Below are positions 46,288 through 56,133 of a DNA stretch of 64,000 bases, piece after piece. The translations under genes were made by a program, and so were the position numbers. Origin of the DNA: Rhodanobacteraceae bacterium (GTDB taxonomy: Bacteria > Pseudomonadota > Gammaproteobacteria > Xanthomonadales > Rhodanobacteraceae); contig DASTNI010000041.1 of assembly GCA_035720985.1 (NCBI GenBank), positions 106,740-170,739 on the forward strand. Reading direction: 5' to 3'. The stretch's first letter is position 1. Each line of letters starts with the position of its first letter. Below the pieces are notes generated by a model that was given only the letters and a program-made list of their open reading frames with translations, was not told the origin of the DNA and ran no database searches.

Positions 46288-48651
46288 ATGATGACCAAAC
46301 CTGCTGAATGCCTCGATCCTGCAGGCACACGGCACTCACCGCACCGGCGCGCGTGGCTGGCCTGGGTGGCGATGCTGGCGCTGCTCGTGGCGGGACCGGC
46401 GCTTGCGGCCAACACCCTCAAAAGCGTCAGCGCCGCACCGTTGGCCAACGGCAAGGTCCAGTTGACCCTTACCTTTTCGGGCCCGGCGACCACGCCGCAG
46501 GCCTTCAGCACGTACGCACCGCCGCGCATCGCGATGGACTTTGCCGATACCAGCAACGGTCTTGCCAAGCGCGCTTATCCCATCGGGCAGGGTGCCGCGC
46601 AGTCCGTCACCGCGGTCGAAGCCGGGGGGCGGACGCGCGTCGTCGTCGACCTCTCGCAGCCCTCGCCCTATGTCACCAACGTCGAAGGCAACCGCGTCGT
46701 CGTGACCATCGGCGATGGCATGGGCGGCGCAACCGCGACCGCAGCGGCTGGCGATCCCGCCCCGGCGCTCGCGCCGGGGCCACCCCCGCCGCCTACCCAG
46801 CAGGCCTACGCCGGCGTGACCGGCAACCCCGACAAGGCGGTCGCGATGGCCGACGGCAACGTCATCACCTCGGTCGACTTCCAGCGCAGCGACCATGGTG
46901 CGGGCAAGCTCGTGGTTGGCTTCAGCCAGGCGGGCGCTGCCACCAGCATGCACACCGCAGGCGACGTCACCACCATCGACGTGGCGGGCGCCAACCTCGC
47001 GGCGTCACAGGCCCGCCGCCTCAACGTGACGAGCTACGCCACGCCGGTCCAGAGCATCAACACCCACGCGGTATCGGGTGGTGCGCGCATCAATGTCGAC
47101 ACGCGCGGCGTCGTGCAGACGTCCTCGTATCAGACCGGCAACGAATTCGTGGTCGAGTTTGCACGACCGACCTCGTCCACGCACAGCCTGCTGGGCGCGC
47201 CCAAGCCCGTCGTCTACAAGGGCAGCCGCGTCACCTTCAACTTCCAGGACATCCCGGTGCGCTCGGTGTTGCAACTCCTGGCCGACGTGTCCAACCTCAA
47301 CATCGTGGCCTCCGACAGCGTCCAGGGCAACGTCACGCTGCGCCTGGTCAACGTGCCGTGGGACCAGGCCCTGGACGTGATCCTGCGGGCCAAGAGCCTG
47401 GCCAAGCGCCAGAACGGCAACGTCATCTGGATCGCGCCGCAGACCGAGATCGCCAAGTACGAAGAGAACGTGGCCGAGGCGCGCCAGAAGCAGTTGAACA
47501 GCGCCGAGCTGGTCACCGACTACATTCCGATCAACTACGGCAATGCGCAGCAGATCGCCAATCTGCTGACTTCGGGCGCCAGGAGCGGCAATACGGGCGG
47601 TTCGGGCAGCGCCAGCAGCGAGCGCGGGTTCCTGTCGCCGCGGGGCAGCGTGTCCTTCGACGAGCGCACCAATACGCTGCTGGTCAACGACACGCCCGAG
47701 AAAGTGCAGGAGATCCGCCAACTGGTCTCGGTGCTCGATCGCCCCGTGAAGCAGGTGCTGATCGAATCGCGCCTCGTGATTGCGACCGACACCTTCGTGC
47801 ACGAATTGGGCGCCAAGCTCGGCATCGCCGGCTTCCAGGTCAACCCGAGCGGCCAGCGGCTGATGACGGGTGCGACCACCAGCGATGTCACCAGCCTCAG
47901 CAACAGCATGACCAACCAGCAGACCGCGATCCTGCAGAACCAGATCGGCCAGCAGGCCGCGTGCAACGCCGGCAACTGCGGTTCCTTCACGCCGACCTTG
48001 CCACCCGCGATCCAGTTTCCGGGTGGGTTGAACGTCAACATGCCGGCCAATACCAATGGCACGGTCCAGCCCAGCAGCATCGCGTTCGGCATCCTGGGCA
48101 ACGACTACATGCTGAACCTGGAACTGTCGGCCGCACAGCAGGAAGGCCGCAGCGAGACGATCTCGCAGCCGAAGGTCGTCACCGCCAACAACCAGGAAGC
48201 GACGATCCAGCAAGGCCAGCAGATCGGCTACCTGACCTTCTCGAGCGCGGGCGGCGCCGGTGGCGCCGTGCAGGGCAACGTGCAGTTCAAGAATGCGGTA
48301 CTGGAACTCGACGTCACGCCGACGATCACCTCGGACAACCGCGTGTTCATGAAGCTCAAGGTCATCAAGGACGCGCTGGCGGCGATGATCCCGAATCCGG
48401 GCGGCGGTTTCGTGCCGCAGATCGATCACCGTGAAATCGACACCTCGGTGCTGGTCGACAACGGGCAAACCGTGGTGCTGGGTGGCGTCTACGAGTTCAC
48501 CGACGCGCACGACGTCACCAAGGTGCCGTTCCTGGGCGACATCCCGATCCTGGGCGCACTGTTCCGCGACAAGCTCGATACGAGCAGCAAGGCCGAACTG
48601 CTGGTGTTCATCACGCCGCACATTCTGGGGCAGGAAACCACGGTGAACTGA
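46288..48651 (+). CDS. pilQ: Type IV pilus secretin PilQ
   Basis: ATG at 46288. AMIN-like N-terminal repeats and a secretin domain (VPFLGDIPILGALFR ... ELLVFITPHI). Confidence 0.95.
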   Translation: MMTKPAECLDPAGTRHSPHRRAWLAWVAMLALLVAGPALAANTLKSVSAAPLANGKVQLTLTFSGPATTPQAFSTYAPPRIAMDFADTSNGLAKRAYPIGQGAAQSVTAVEAGGRTRVVVDLSQPSPYVTNVEGNRVVVTIGDGMGGATATAAAGDPAPALAPGPPPPPTQQAYAGVTGNPDKAVAMADGNVITSVDFQRSDHGAGKLVVGFSQAGAATSMHTAGDVTTIDVAGANLAASQARRLNVTSYATPVQSINTHAVSGGARINVDTRGVVQTSSYQTGNEFVVEFARPTSSTHSLLGAPKPVVYKGSRVTFNFQDIPVRSVLQLLADVSNLNIVASDSVQGNVTLRLVNVPWDQALDVILRAKSLAKRQNGNVIWIAPQTEIAKYEENVAEARQKQLNSAELVTDYIPINYGNAQQIANLLTSGARSGNTGGSGSASSERGFLSPRGSVSFDERTNTLLVNDTPEKVQEIRQLVSVLDRPVKQVLIESRLVIATDTFVHELGAKLGIAGFQVNPSGQRLMTGATTSDVTSLSNSMTNQQTAILQNQIGQQAACNAGNCGSFTPTLPPAIQFPGGLNVNMPANTNGTVQPSSIAFGILGNDYMLNLELSAAQQEGRSETISQPKVVTANNQEATIQQGQQIGYLTFSSAGGAGGAVQGNVQFKNAVLELDVTPTITSDNRVFMKLKVIKDALAAMIPNPGGGFVPQIDHREIDTSVLVDNGQTVVLGGVYEFTDAHDVTKVPFLGDIPILGALFRDKLDTSSKAELLVFITPHILGQETTVN

Positions 48652-48674
48652 ATTTCCGCGCGGGTGCGGAAAGC

Positions 48675-48710
48675 TTGAACGGCGCGGGCAACCGCGCCGT
48701 TCAACGTTTT
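48675..48710 (+). terminator. Rho-independent terminator after pilQ
   Basis: TTGAACGGCGCGG-GCAA-CCGCGCCGTTCAA forms a 13-bp perfect stem, followed by CGTTTT. A second hairpin, TTTCCGC-GCGGGT-GCGGAAA, lies at 48653-48672. Confidence 0.6.
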
Positions 48711-48772
48711 GGAACCCGGGTGCGCCGGCCTGTGCGCAAAACTTTCATCCGTGAGTGTGGTCTACTTGGTGC

Positions 48773-49801
48773 ATGCAAGACGACGTCCCGCTCGAACTCG
48801 CCGCGGCCGCGGCGCCAGTCGCTTCCGATCCATCGCTGCTGCGCGGGCGTTTTGCCAGCCTGCGCGACGCGCTGCGTGCGGAAGTCGTTGGTCAACCGGC
48901 ACTGGTCGAGCGTCTGCTGATCGCACTGCTGGCCGATGGTCACCTGCTCGTCGAAGGCGCACCGGGTCTTGCCAAGACCACCGCGATCAAGGCGCTGGCC
49001 AGCCACATCGAAGCGGATTTCCACCGCGTGCAGTTCACCCCGGATCTGCTGCCGGCTGATTTGACCGGCACCGATGTCTTGCGTCCGGCGACGGGAAAGT
49101 TCGAGTTCGAGCCCGGCCCGCTGTTCCACAACCTCGTGCTGGCCGACGAGATCAATCGCGCGCCCGCGAAGGTACAGTCCGCGTTGCTGGAGGCGATGGC
49201 GGAACGGCAGGTGACGATCGGCCGTCGGTCCTGGCCGTTGCCGCGCCCGTTCCTGGTGATGGCGACGCAGAACCCCATCGAGCAGGAAGGCACGTTTCAC
49301 CTGCCCGAAGCCCAGCTCGACCGGTTTTTGCTGCACGTGGTGGTCGGCTATCCCGAGGCCGGCACCGAGCGCGCCATCATGCGGCTCGCCCGCGAACGGG
49401 CGCGCGCGGCGTTGGCCGCAGCGCCATCGCCCAGCGTGCTGGTGAGCCAGGCGGACATCTTCGCCGCGCGTCGCGAGGTGCTCGACCTGCACTTCGCCGC
49501 CGGACTCGAAGACTACGTGGTGCAACTGGTCACGGCGACGCGCGATCCGCGGCCGTGGGCGCCAAAGCTGCGCGACCAGATCGCGTGGGGCGCCAGTCCG
49601 CGGGCGAGCATCGCGCTCGAGCGTTGCGCGCGTGCCGCGGCCTGGCTCGCGGGGCGCGACTACGTGCTTCCCGAGGACGTCCAGAGCCTGGCGCCGGATG
49701 TCCTGCGGCATCGCGTGCTCCTGGGTTTTGAGGCCGAAGCCGGAGGCACGCGCGTGGAGGATGTGGTCAGGCAGCTGCTGGCCGCCGTGCCGTTGCCGTG
49801 A
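48773..49801 (+). CDS. MoxR family AAA+ ATPase
   Basis: ATG at 48773. Walker A EGAPGLAKT, Walker B LADEINRA, and VMATQNPIEQEGTFHLPEAQLDRF. Confidence 0.9.
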   Translation: MQDDVPLELAAAAAPVASDPSLLRGRFASLRDALRAEVVGQPALVERLLIALLADGHLLVEGAPGLAKTTAIKALASHIEADFHRVQFTPDLLPADLTGTDVLRPATGKFEFEPGPLFHNLVLADEINRAPAKVQSALLEAMAERQVTIGRRSWPLPRPFLVMATQNPIEQEGTFHLPEAQLDRFLLHVVVGYPEAGTERAIMRLARERARAALAAAPSPSVLVSQADIFAARREVLDLHFAAGLEDYVVQLVTATRDPRPWAPKLRDQIAWGASPRASIALERCARAAAWLAGRDYVLPEDVQSLAPDVLRHRVLLGFEAEAGGTRVEDVVRQLLAAVPLP

Positions 49802-49996
49802 AGCGTGCAATCGGCCGCGTCGGGCCACGCCCGGATGGCGCGTGGAACGCACCCGGATCACCGACTACGCTTGGCGGGCGTGGCTGCCTTTCGCGCGGGC
49901 CGAAGTCGCCTGCGATGATCGGTCGAACGCATCCGGTTCTGGGCGGCGCGCGGGCGACCCGCCGCTCGTACGACCAGCCATGGTGACAGGCGTGAC

Positions 49997-50938
49997 ATGT
50001 CCGCAGTCCAGACGTCCATTGATGGGATTACCGCCGTTTCGATGCCGGCGCTGATCGCGCTGCGCGCGCGCGCGCGGACGCTGGAGCACACGCCGATGCG
50101 CACGCGCGATGCGCGTGCGGGGCAGCAGGCGTCGGCCGTGCGGGGTCGCGGGATGGACTACGCGGAGTCGCGCGTCTATCAGCCCGGTGACGATGCGCGC
50201 AACATCGACTGGCGGCGTACGGCACGGTCCGGCAAGCTGCACACCAAGTTGTTCGAAGAAGATCGTGAGCGTGCGCTGGTGGTCATGCTGGATACGCACG
50301 CTGGCATGCACTTTGGCACGCGGGTGCGCTACAAGTCGGTCGCGGCCGCGCGGGCGGCGGCGATCGTCGTGTGGGCGGCCGTGCGCGCCGGCGAAAGGGT
50401 CGGCGCGCTGGCCTGGGGACCGGTGCGGGCGCAAGTGCCGCCGCAAGCGGGTACCCGCGGTGCGTCGCGGGTGCTGGCCGCACTCGTGCGTTGGAGCGCG
50501 CCCCGCGGGACGCGCGACCAGGCCGGTGACACCGGCGGGTCGTTGTCGCTTGCGTGCAGGCGCGCCGGGCGCCTTGTCGCGCCGGGCAGCCGGGTGTTGC
50601 TGGTATCCGATGGCTGGTGCACGGACGCGGAGGCGGCGCGTGCGCTCGCGGGGCTCGCCCGGCGGCGGGACGTCGGGATCCTGATCGTCGCCGACGCGCT
50701 CGAACACACCGCGCCACCGGGCGGCGCCTATGCGTTCGAAACGGGCGCGGGGCGCGTCGCGCTCGACCTGCACGCGGCGTCGGCCCGCGCGGCGTTTGCC
50801 GCCGCGCTCGACGCCGGCGTGCGCGGGCTGACCGACGCCGCGAAGCGGGCCGGCGTCCGCTGCGAGGTGCTCGATGCGGCGTCCCCACCCGATGCGCTGC
50901 TCGCACGGTTGTGGCACCCGACGGGGAGGCAGCGGTGA
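49997..50938 (+). CDS. DUF58 domain protein (MoxR-associated, VWA-like)
   Basis: 313 aa. The typical DUF58 core is GMDYAESRVYQPGDDARNIDWRRTARSGKLHTKLFEEDRE. Confidence 0.85.
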   Translation: MSAVQTSIDGITAVSMPALIALRARARTLEHTPMRTRDARAGQQASAVRGRGMDYAESRVYQPGDDARNIDWRRTARSGKLHTKLFEEDRERALVVMLDTHAGMHFGTRVRYKSVAAARAAAIVVWAAVRAGERVGALAWGPVRAQVPPQAGTRGASRVLAALVRWSAPRGTRDQAGDTGGSLSLACRRAGRLVAPGSRVLLVSDGWCTDAEAARALAGLARRRDVGILIVADALEHTAPPGGAYAFETGAGRVALDLHAASARAAFAAALDAGVRGLTDAAKRAGVRCEVLDAASPPDALLARLWHPTGRQR

Positions 50939-51438
50939 ACGCCGCCGGCCCGATCCTGCGCGACATCCACGTCGCGCCTGCCGGCTGGTGGCCACCGGCG
51001 CCGGGCTGGTGGTTGCTGGCGGCACTGGCGGTGCTGGCCGTCGCAGGCGTTTGGCTCGCCGTGCGCTGGCGCGCGCGGCGCGGACCCCTGCGTACCGCGT
51101 TGCAGGAGCTCGACGCGTTGGCGCAGACGTATGCGCGGGAGGGCGACGTCGCGGGCGTACTGGACCAGGCTTCGCGGCTGGTCCGTCGCATCGCGCGGCG
51201 CATCGACCCCGCGGTGACCAGCCAGACCGGCGAGGCCTGGCGCGCGTTCGTACGCCGCCACGCGGGCCGCGGGCAGGACGCGGTGGTGCTCGATGCCCTG
51301 CTGGAACCGCGGTTTCGCCGCGCTCCCGATGTCGATATGGACGCCCTGCTGGTTGCGCTGAGGAAATGGTGCCGCGCGGCGCTGCGCCACCCTGGCGCGC
51401 GGACGCCACCCGCCTGGAGCGAGGTGCGTTCGACGTGA
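50935..51438 (+). CDS. DUF4381 domain protein
   Basis: The GTG start overlaps the DUF58 stop (GTGA). LRDIHVAPAGWWPPAPGWWLLAALAVLAV plus a TM segment fits the DUF4381 pattern in Bat-type operons. Confidence 0.7.
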   Translation: MNAAGPILRDIHVAPAGWWPPAPGWWLLAALAVLAVAGVWLAVRWRARRGPLRTALQELDALAQTYAREGDVAGVLDQASRLVRRIARRIDPAVTSQTGEAWRAFVRRHAGRGQDAVVLDALLEPRFRRAPDVDMDALLVALRKWCRAALRHPGARTPPAWSEVRST

Positions 51439-52421
51439 TTTTCGCGTGGCCATGGATGTTTGCCTTGCTGCCGTTGCCGTGGCTGGCGTGGCGCCTGCTG
51501 CCGCCCGCGGCACCGGGCGCCGCGCTGCGGCTGCCCCCGCGCGTGGCGTTGGCCGCGGCACCGGGGCGGCGCATGCGGCATCCGCGCGGACGCACGCTGG
51601 TTGCGGCGTGCGCGTGGCTGCTGCTGGTGGCCGCCGCGGCCCGTCCCCAGCAACCGGCGCGCCCGCAGGCGTTCGTGCATACCGGTCGTGCGCTGATGCT
51701 GGCCGTCGATTGCTCGGGCAGCATGGCGATCGAGGACATGCGTTTCGGCGGGCAGGCGGTCAGCCGGTTCGCCGCGGTCAAGGCGATTGCCCAACGGTTC
51801 GTGCGCCAGCGTTCGGGCGATGACGTGGGCCTGATCCTGTTTGGCACGCATGCCTACCTGCTGACGCCGATGACGTTCGACGTCGATGCAGTCGCGCAGC
51901 AACTCCAGGGCGCCGCGATCGGCCTTGCGGGTCGCGAGACCGCGATTGGCGATGCGATCGCGCTGGCCGTGAAGCACCTAACCGCGCTGCCCGCGCGCGC
52001 GCGGGTGCTGGTGCTGCTGACCGACGGCGTCAACACCGCGGGCAGTGTCGCGCCGCTCGACGCCGCGGCGCTGGCCAAGGCGGCTGGCGTGCGCATCTAC
52101 ACCATCGGTGTGGGTTCGGATACCCACGCGCTCAGCATGTTCGGGATGCCGATCGGCATGCCTGACAATTCGCTCGATGTGCCGATGCTCACACGCATCG
52201 CGAACGAGACCGGGGGTCGCTTTTTCCGCGCCGCCGATGGCGAAGCGCTGGTCGCGGCGTATCGCACCATCGACAACCTCGAACCGCTGGCGCCCGGCAC
52301 GTCGCTGGTGCGTCCGCGCCACGAATGGTATCCGTGGCCGTTGGCCCTGGCGTTGCTGCTGGGTTGCACGCTGTTGCCGTGGCGCGCGCTGGCACGGGTG
52401 CGCAAGGCAACGGTCGCCTGA
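51435..52421 (+). CDS. batA: VWA domain protein BatA
   Basis: The GTG start overlaps the previous stop (GTGA). N-terminal FAWPWMFALLPLPWL, VWA MIDAS motif DCSGSM, and LLTDGVNTAG. Confidence 0.85.
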   Translation: MIFAWPWMFALLPLPWLAWRLLPPAAPGAALRLPPRVALAAAPGRRMRHPRGRTLVAACAWLLLVAAAARPQQPARPQAFVHTGRALMLAVDCSGSMAIEDMRFGGQAVSRFAAVKAIAQRFVRQRSGDDVGLILFGTHAYLLTPMTFDVDAVAQQLQGAAIGLAGRETAIGDAIALAVKHLTALPARARVLVLLTDGVNTAGSVAPLDAAALAKAAGVRIYTIGVGSDTHALSMFGMPIGMPDNSLDVPMLTRIANETGGRFFRAADGEALVAAYRTIDNLEPLAPGTSLVRPRHEWYPWPLALALLLGCTLLPWRALARVRKATVA

Positions 52422-54316
52422 TGGATCTTTTCGGCCCGCTGCACTTCCTGCGCCCGTGGTGGTGGCTGGCGCTGCTGCCGTTGCCGCTGGCGCTGGTCGC
52501 GCTCACCCGCGGCGGCGGCCGCGGCGCACTCGCGCGGCTGGCCGACGCTGCGCTGTTGCCCTACCTGCTGCACGGACACCACGGGTCGCGGCGCACGCGG
52601 CTGGTGATGCTTGCGCTGGCGTGGCTGCTCGCGGTCGCGGCGCTGGCCGGCCCGGCATGGCAGCGCGTGGAGGTACCGGTCTACCAGAACGGCGCCGCGC
52701 GCGTGATTGCCCTGTCGCTGTCGACCGACATGCTGGCTACGGACGTGCCGCCCGATCGCATGCTGCGCGCGCGGCTCGCGGTCGAGGATTTGCTGGACGG
52801 CGCCGGTGACGCGCGCACCGCGCTGGTCGCGTACGCCGGCGCGGCGTTCACGGTGGCGCCGCTGACCGATGATCGGCGCACGGTCTTGAACCTCTTGCGC
52901 GACCTCAGCCCCGACGTCATGCCGGTGCCGGGCAATGACGCTGCGGCCGGCATCGGAAAGAGCGTGCAACTCCTCCAGGGTGCGGGCGTGCGGGAAGGCC
53001 AGATCGTCGTCGTGACCGATACCGCGGGCGCCCCGGCGGTGGCCGCGGCGCGGGCTGCGCGGAAGGCTGGCTATCGCGTCGACGTGCTCGGCGTCGGCAC
53101 CGTGTCCGGCGCACCCGTACCCCTGGCGACCGGTGGGTTCGCCGAGCAGAACGGAGCCGTCGTGCTGGCGCGTCGCGACGATGCTGCGTTGCGTGCGGTG
53201 GCCGCGGCCGGCGGCGGAAGCTACGCGGCCCTGCCGGTGGCCGGTGCGACGAACACGTTTGCGGTGCCGACCGCACGCGCGGTGCGCGCCGATCGCGGCG
53301 CCGCGTCGGCCGTCTGGCGCGACGGCGGAGTGTGGCTGCTACCGGTGCTCCTGGTGCTGGCCGCGTTGGCCTTTCGCCGCGGTTGGCTGCTGGTGCTGCT
53401 CGTGTGCGCGATGCCAATGGCGATCCCGCCAGCCCAGGCGACGACCTGGTCCTCGCTGTGGTCCAATCGCGACCAGCGGGCCGCGCAGGCGTTGAGCCGT
53501 GGCGATGCGCACGCTGCGCAAGCCTTGGCAACGACACCGGCGCTGCGTGGCGCGGCCGACTATCGCGGTGGTGACTACGCCAGCGCGGCCAAGGCCTTTG
53601 CCGGCGGCGACGATGCGCGCGCGCACTACAACCTCGGCAATGCGCTGGCGCAACAGGGGCGATACCCGCAAGCCATCGCTGCCTGGCAACAGGCGCTGCG
53701 GCGTGATCCGCGCCTGGCCGACGCGCGCGCCAACATCGCAGCGGTCGAAGCATGGCTGAAGCGGCATCCGCAACCGCCCGCGGCGGGTCAGGCGCAGTCG
53801 AACCATCGACCCGGCCAGCGTGGCACGAGCGGCAGCTCTCCGTCGAGCAGCGGTTCGCAGGGCAAGGGTCAAGCCAACGCGCAGTCGGGAAACGCCACAT
53901 CGCCGCCGAGGGCGCAGGGTCCTTCAAGTGACCCGGCGGACGCGGCCAGCGGCTCCGAGGCGCAATCGAGCACCGATTCGAAAGGGGCGAATGGCGCGAC
54001 GGTCCCGCACGCGCAATCGGACCGGGGCAGCACACCGGGCGAGGCCGCGCGCCAGCAACGACAGGCGGCGCAGGCGAGCCAGGATCTTGCGCGCGAGCTG
54101 CAGGCGCGCCAGCCGGCGGGTTCGGCATTGCACGCGGGCGGTTCCGGCACGTTTGCGCTGGGCACCGAGGCGCCGCATGGCGATGATCGCCTGGATGCGC
54201 AACAGCGCGCGCTGTTGCGCTCGGTGCCGGACGATCCGGGCGCGCTGCTGCGCCGCAAGTTCCGCCTGGAGTGGGAACAGCGCAACGGACGACAGGTGCA
54301 GGAGGACGAACCCTGA
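52421..54316 (+). CDS. batB: VWA domain + TPR protein (BatB with BatC-like TPR region fused)
   Basis: The ATG overlaps the batA stop (TGATG). N-terminal FLRPWWWLALLPLPL, a VWA region, a second TM segment, TPR-like repeats (HYNLGNALAQQGRYPQAIAAWQQALRRDP), and then a long S/G/Q/A-rich tail. Confidence 0.85.
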   Translation: MDLFGPLHFLRPWWWLALLPLPLALVALTRGGGRGALARLADAALLPYLLHGHHGSRRTRLVMLALAWLLAVAALAGPAWQRVEVPVYQNGAARVIALSLSTDMLATDVPPDRMLRARLAVEDLLDGAGDARTALVAYAGAAFTVAPLTDDRRTVLNLLRDLSPDVMPVPGNDAAAGIGKSVQLLQGAGVREGQIVVVTDTAGAPAVAAARAARKAGYRVDVLGVGTVSGAPVPLATGGFAEQNGAVVLARRDDAALRAVAAAGGGSYAALPVAGATNTFAVPTARAVRADRGAASAVWRDGGVWLLPVLLVLAALAFRRGWLLVLLVCAMPMAIPPAQATTWSSLWSNRDQRAAQALSRGDAHAAQALATTPALRGAADYRGGDYASAAKAFAGGDDARAHYNLGNALAQQGRYPQAIAAWQQALRRDPRLADARANIAAVEAWLKRHPQPPAAGQAQSNHRPGQRGTSGSSPSSSGSQGKGQANAQSGNATSPPRAQGPSSDPADAASGSEAQSSTDSKGANGATVPHAQSDRGSTPGEAARQQRQAAQASQDLARELQARQPAGSALHAGGSGTFALGTEAPHGDDRLDAQQRALLRSVPDDPGALLRRKFRLEWEQRNGRQVQEDEP

Positions 54317-56130
54317 TGCGCAGGCTGTGGCTGGCGGTGGCGATGTTGCTGATGTTGCTGGCGCCGCTCGCGCGCGCGGCGGGCGTGCATGCGTTCGTCG
54401 ATCGCAGCCAGGTCAGCCTCGGCGACACGGTCACGCTCAATATCCAATCCGACGGCGCGCTCGGCAATCCCGATCTCACGCCGTTGCAGCAGGACTTCGA
54501 CGTGCTCGGCACCTCGCGTTCCAGCAGTTTCGCCGTCGTCAACGGCAAGGCCACCCGCACGACGCAGCTCGGCATCGCGTTGAAGCCCCGGCGTACGGGC
54601 ACGCTCGTGATCCCCGCGCTGGCGGTGGGCGGGGGACACACCACGCCGTTGACGGTCACCGTGGGTGCCGCACCGACCGGCGGCACGGGCCACGTGGGCG
54701 ATCCCGCGTTCATGGAATCGGACGTATCGCAAAGCGCGCCGTGGATCGGCCAGCAGGTCGTCTACACCGTGCGGCTTTACTACCTGCCCGACGTGCAGGG
54801 TTCGCTGGCCGATCCCACCTCGAGCGGCGCGCGCCTCATCCCGCTCGATCGTGACCAGCGCTATCGCACCGCCCGCAATGGCTACACCTACGACGTCATC
54901 GAACGGAGCTGGGCGCTGATCCCGGATCGGGCGGGCGCGGTCGCGGTGCACGGCCCGGTGTTCCAGGGCCAACGCACGGGCAGTCTCGGGCAGTTGTTCA
55001 ACGCTCCCAATGGATTGCTCAACAACCCCAACGCGCTGTTGAACGGGATGCTGTCGGGCGTCGGCGCGCCCGTACGCGCCCAGGCGCCGCAGGTCCGGCT
55101 GGACGTGCGCGCCGTGCCGGCGAACGGCGGCAAGCCGTGGCTGCCGGCGCGGGGGGTGCAGTTGCAGCTTGCCGGAGTGCCCGCGAATGGCGAGGCGAAG
55201 GCGGGTGTGCCCCTGAAGCTGGTCCTGAGCGTGAGCGCCAGCGGCCAGCCCGCGGGCGCGCTGCCCGAGCCGGCGCTGCCGCCGATCGCAGGCCTGCGGG
55301 TCTATCCCGGCCAGACCCACGACCGCACCGATGCCGGCAGCGAGTGGCTGCAGGGCGTCCGCAGCCGGAGCTTCGCGGTCATCCCCGAGCGCGATGGCGA
55401 AGTGACGATCCCGGCGGTGACGCTGGATTGGTGGAGCGTCGCCGAGGCGCGTCCCGAGCAGGCCACGCTGCCCGCGCATACGCTGCACGTCACAGGCGCC
55501 ATCGCCAACGCGTCGCCGCCGGCCGCGAGCGCACCCGCAATGGCGGCCACGGCTGGCGCAACGGCCGGCCGGCCGACCGCGACGCCCTCGGTCGGGGCGC
55601 GGTCGGCCACCGGCGCCGCCACACGCGCGTCGACGTTCTGGCGACGCGTCGCGCTGGCCAGCCTGGTTTTGTGGGTGATCGCACTCGGCGGCGGCGTGGC
55701 GTGGTGGGCGCTTCGTCGCGTACGACCCGCTCACGCTCCGGCCACCAACCCGCAGGGGGCTGGCGCCGCCCCGTCGCCGGCGGCGCGCCCGCCGGATCGG
55801 CCGACCATGGACGACATCGGCGCGTTGCAGCGCGCCGCGCTGGATGCCGCCACGCGCGGTGACCCGGCGACGTGCGAACACGCGCTGCTGGCGTGGGCGC
55901 GCGCGACCCATCCGACGCTGTTGAACATCGCGGCGGTGCACGATGCCTTGGGCGATGCCGCCCAGCAGGCGGCGCTGGATGCCCTGCAGCGGGCGCGCTG
56001 GCAGGGCGCGCCCGCGGATCAGGCTTGCGCTGCGGCAGCCCGCGCTTTTGCGAAGGGCTTCGCATGGCACCGCGATGCAGCGCCCGAGTCCGACGCGTCC
56101 GGGTTGCCGCCCCTGTACCCGATGCGCTGA
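54316..56130 (+). CDS. batD: BatD family (oxygen-tolerance) protein
   Basis: The ATG overlaps the batB stop (TGATG). Signal peptide, then VDRSQVSLGDTVTLNIQ, and a C-terminal TM segment. Confidence 0.8.
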   Translation: MRRLWLAVAMLLMLLAPLARAAGVHAFVDRSQVSLGDTVTLNIQSDGALGNPDLTPLQQDFDVLGTSRSSSFAVVNGKATRTTQLGIALKPRRTGTLVIPALAVGGGHTTPLTVTVGAAPTGGTGHVGDPAFMESDVSQSAPWIGQQVVYTVRLYYLPDVQGSLADPTSSGARLIPLDRDQRYRTARNGYTYDVIERSWALIPDRAGAVAVHGPVFQGQRTGSLGQLFNAPNGLLNNPNALLNGMLSGVGAPVRAQAPQVRLDVRAVPANGGKPWLPARGVQLQLAGVPANGEAKAGVPLKLVLSVSASGQPAGALPEPALPPIAGLRVYPGQTHDRTDAGSEWLQGVRSRSFAVIPERDGEVTIPAVTLDWWSVAEARPEQATLPAHTLHVTGAIANASPPAASAPAMAATAGATAGRPTATPSVGARSATGAATRASTFWRRVALASLVLWVIALGGGVAWWALRRVRPAHAPATNPQGAGAAPSPAARPPDRPTMDDIGALQRAALDAATRGDPATCEHALLAWARATHPTLLNIAAVHDALGDAAQQAALDALQRARWQGAPADQACAAAARAFAKGFAWHRDAAPESDASGLPPLYPMR

Positions 56131-56133
56131 ACG

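Noticed and set aside
49802-49996. A small ORF (49798..49986, 62 aa) in the MoxR-DUF58 gap.
   Set aside because: The sequence is Gly/Arg/Pro-rich with no coding-type codon periodicity. It is more likely an untranslated spacer or internal promoter region.
50007-50020. A third partial copy (GTCCAGACGTCCAT) of the metX/metE promoter motif, at the start of the DUF58 gene.
   Set aside because: Only about 12 nt match, and only one half of the palindrome. It lies inside coding sequence with no link to methionine metabolism. A chance match is plausible in GC-rich DNA.
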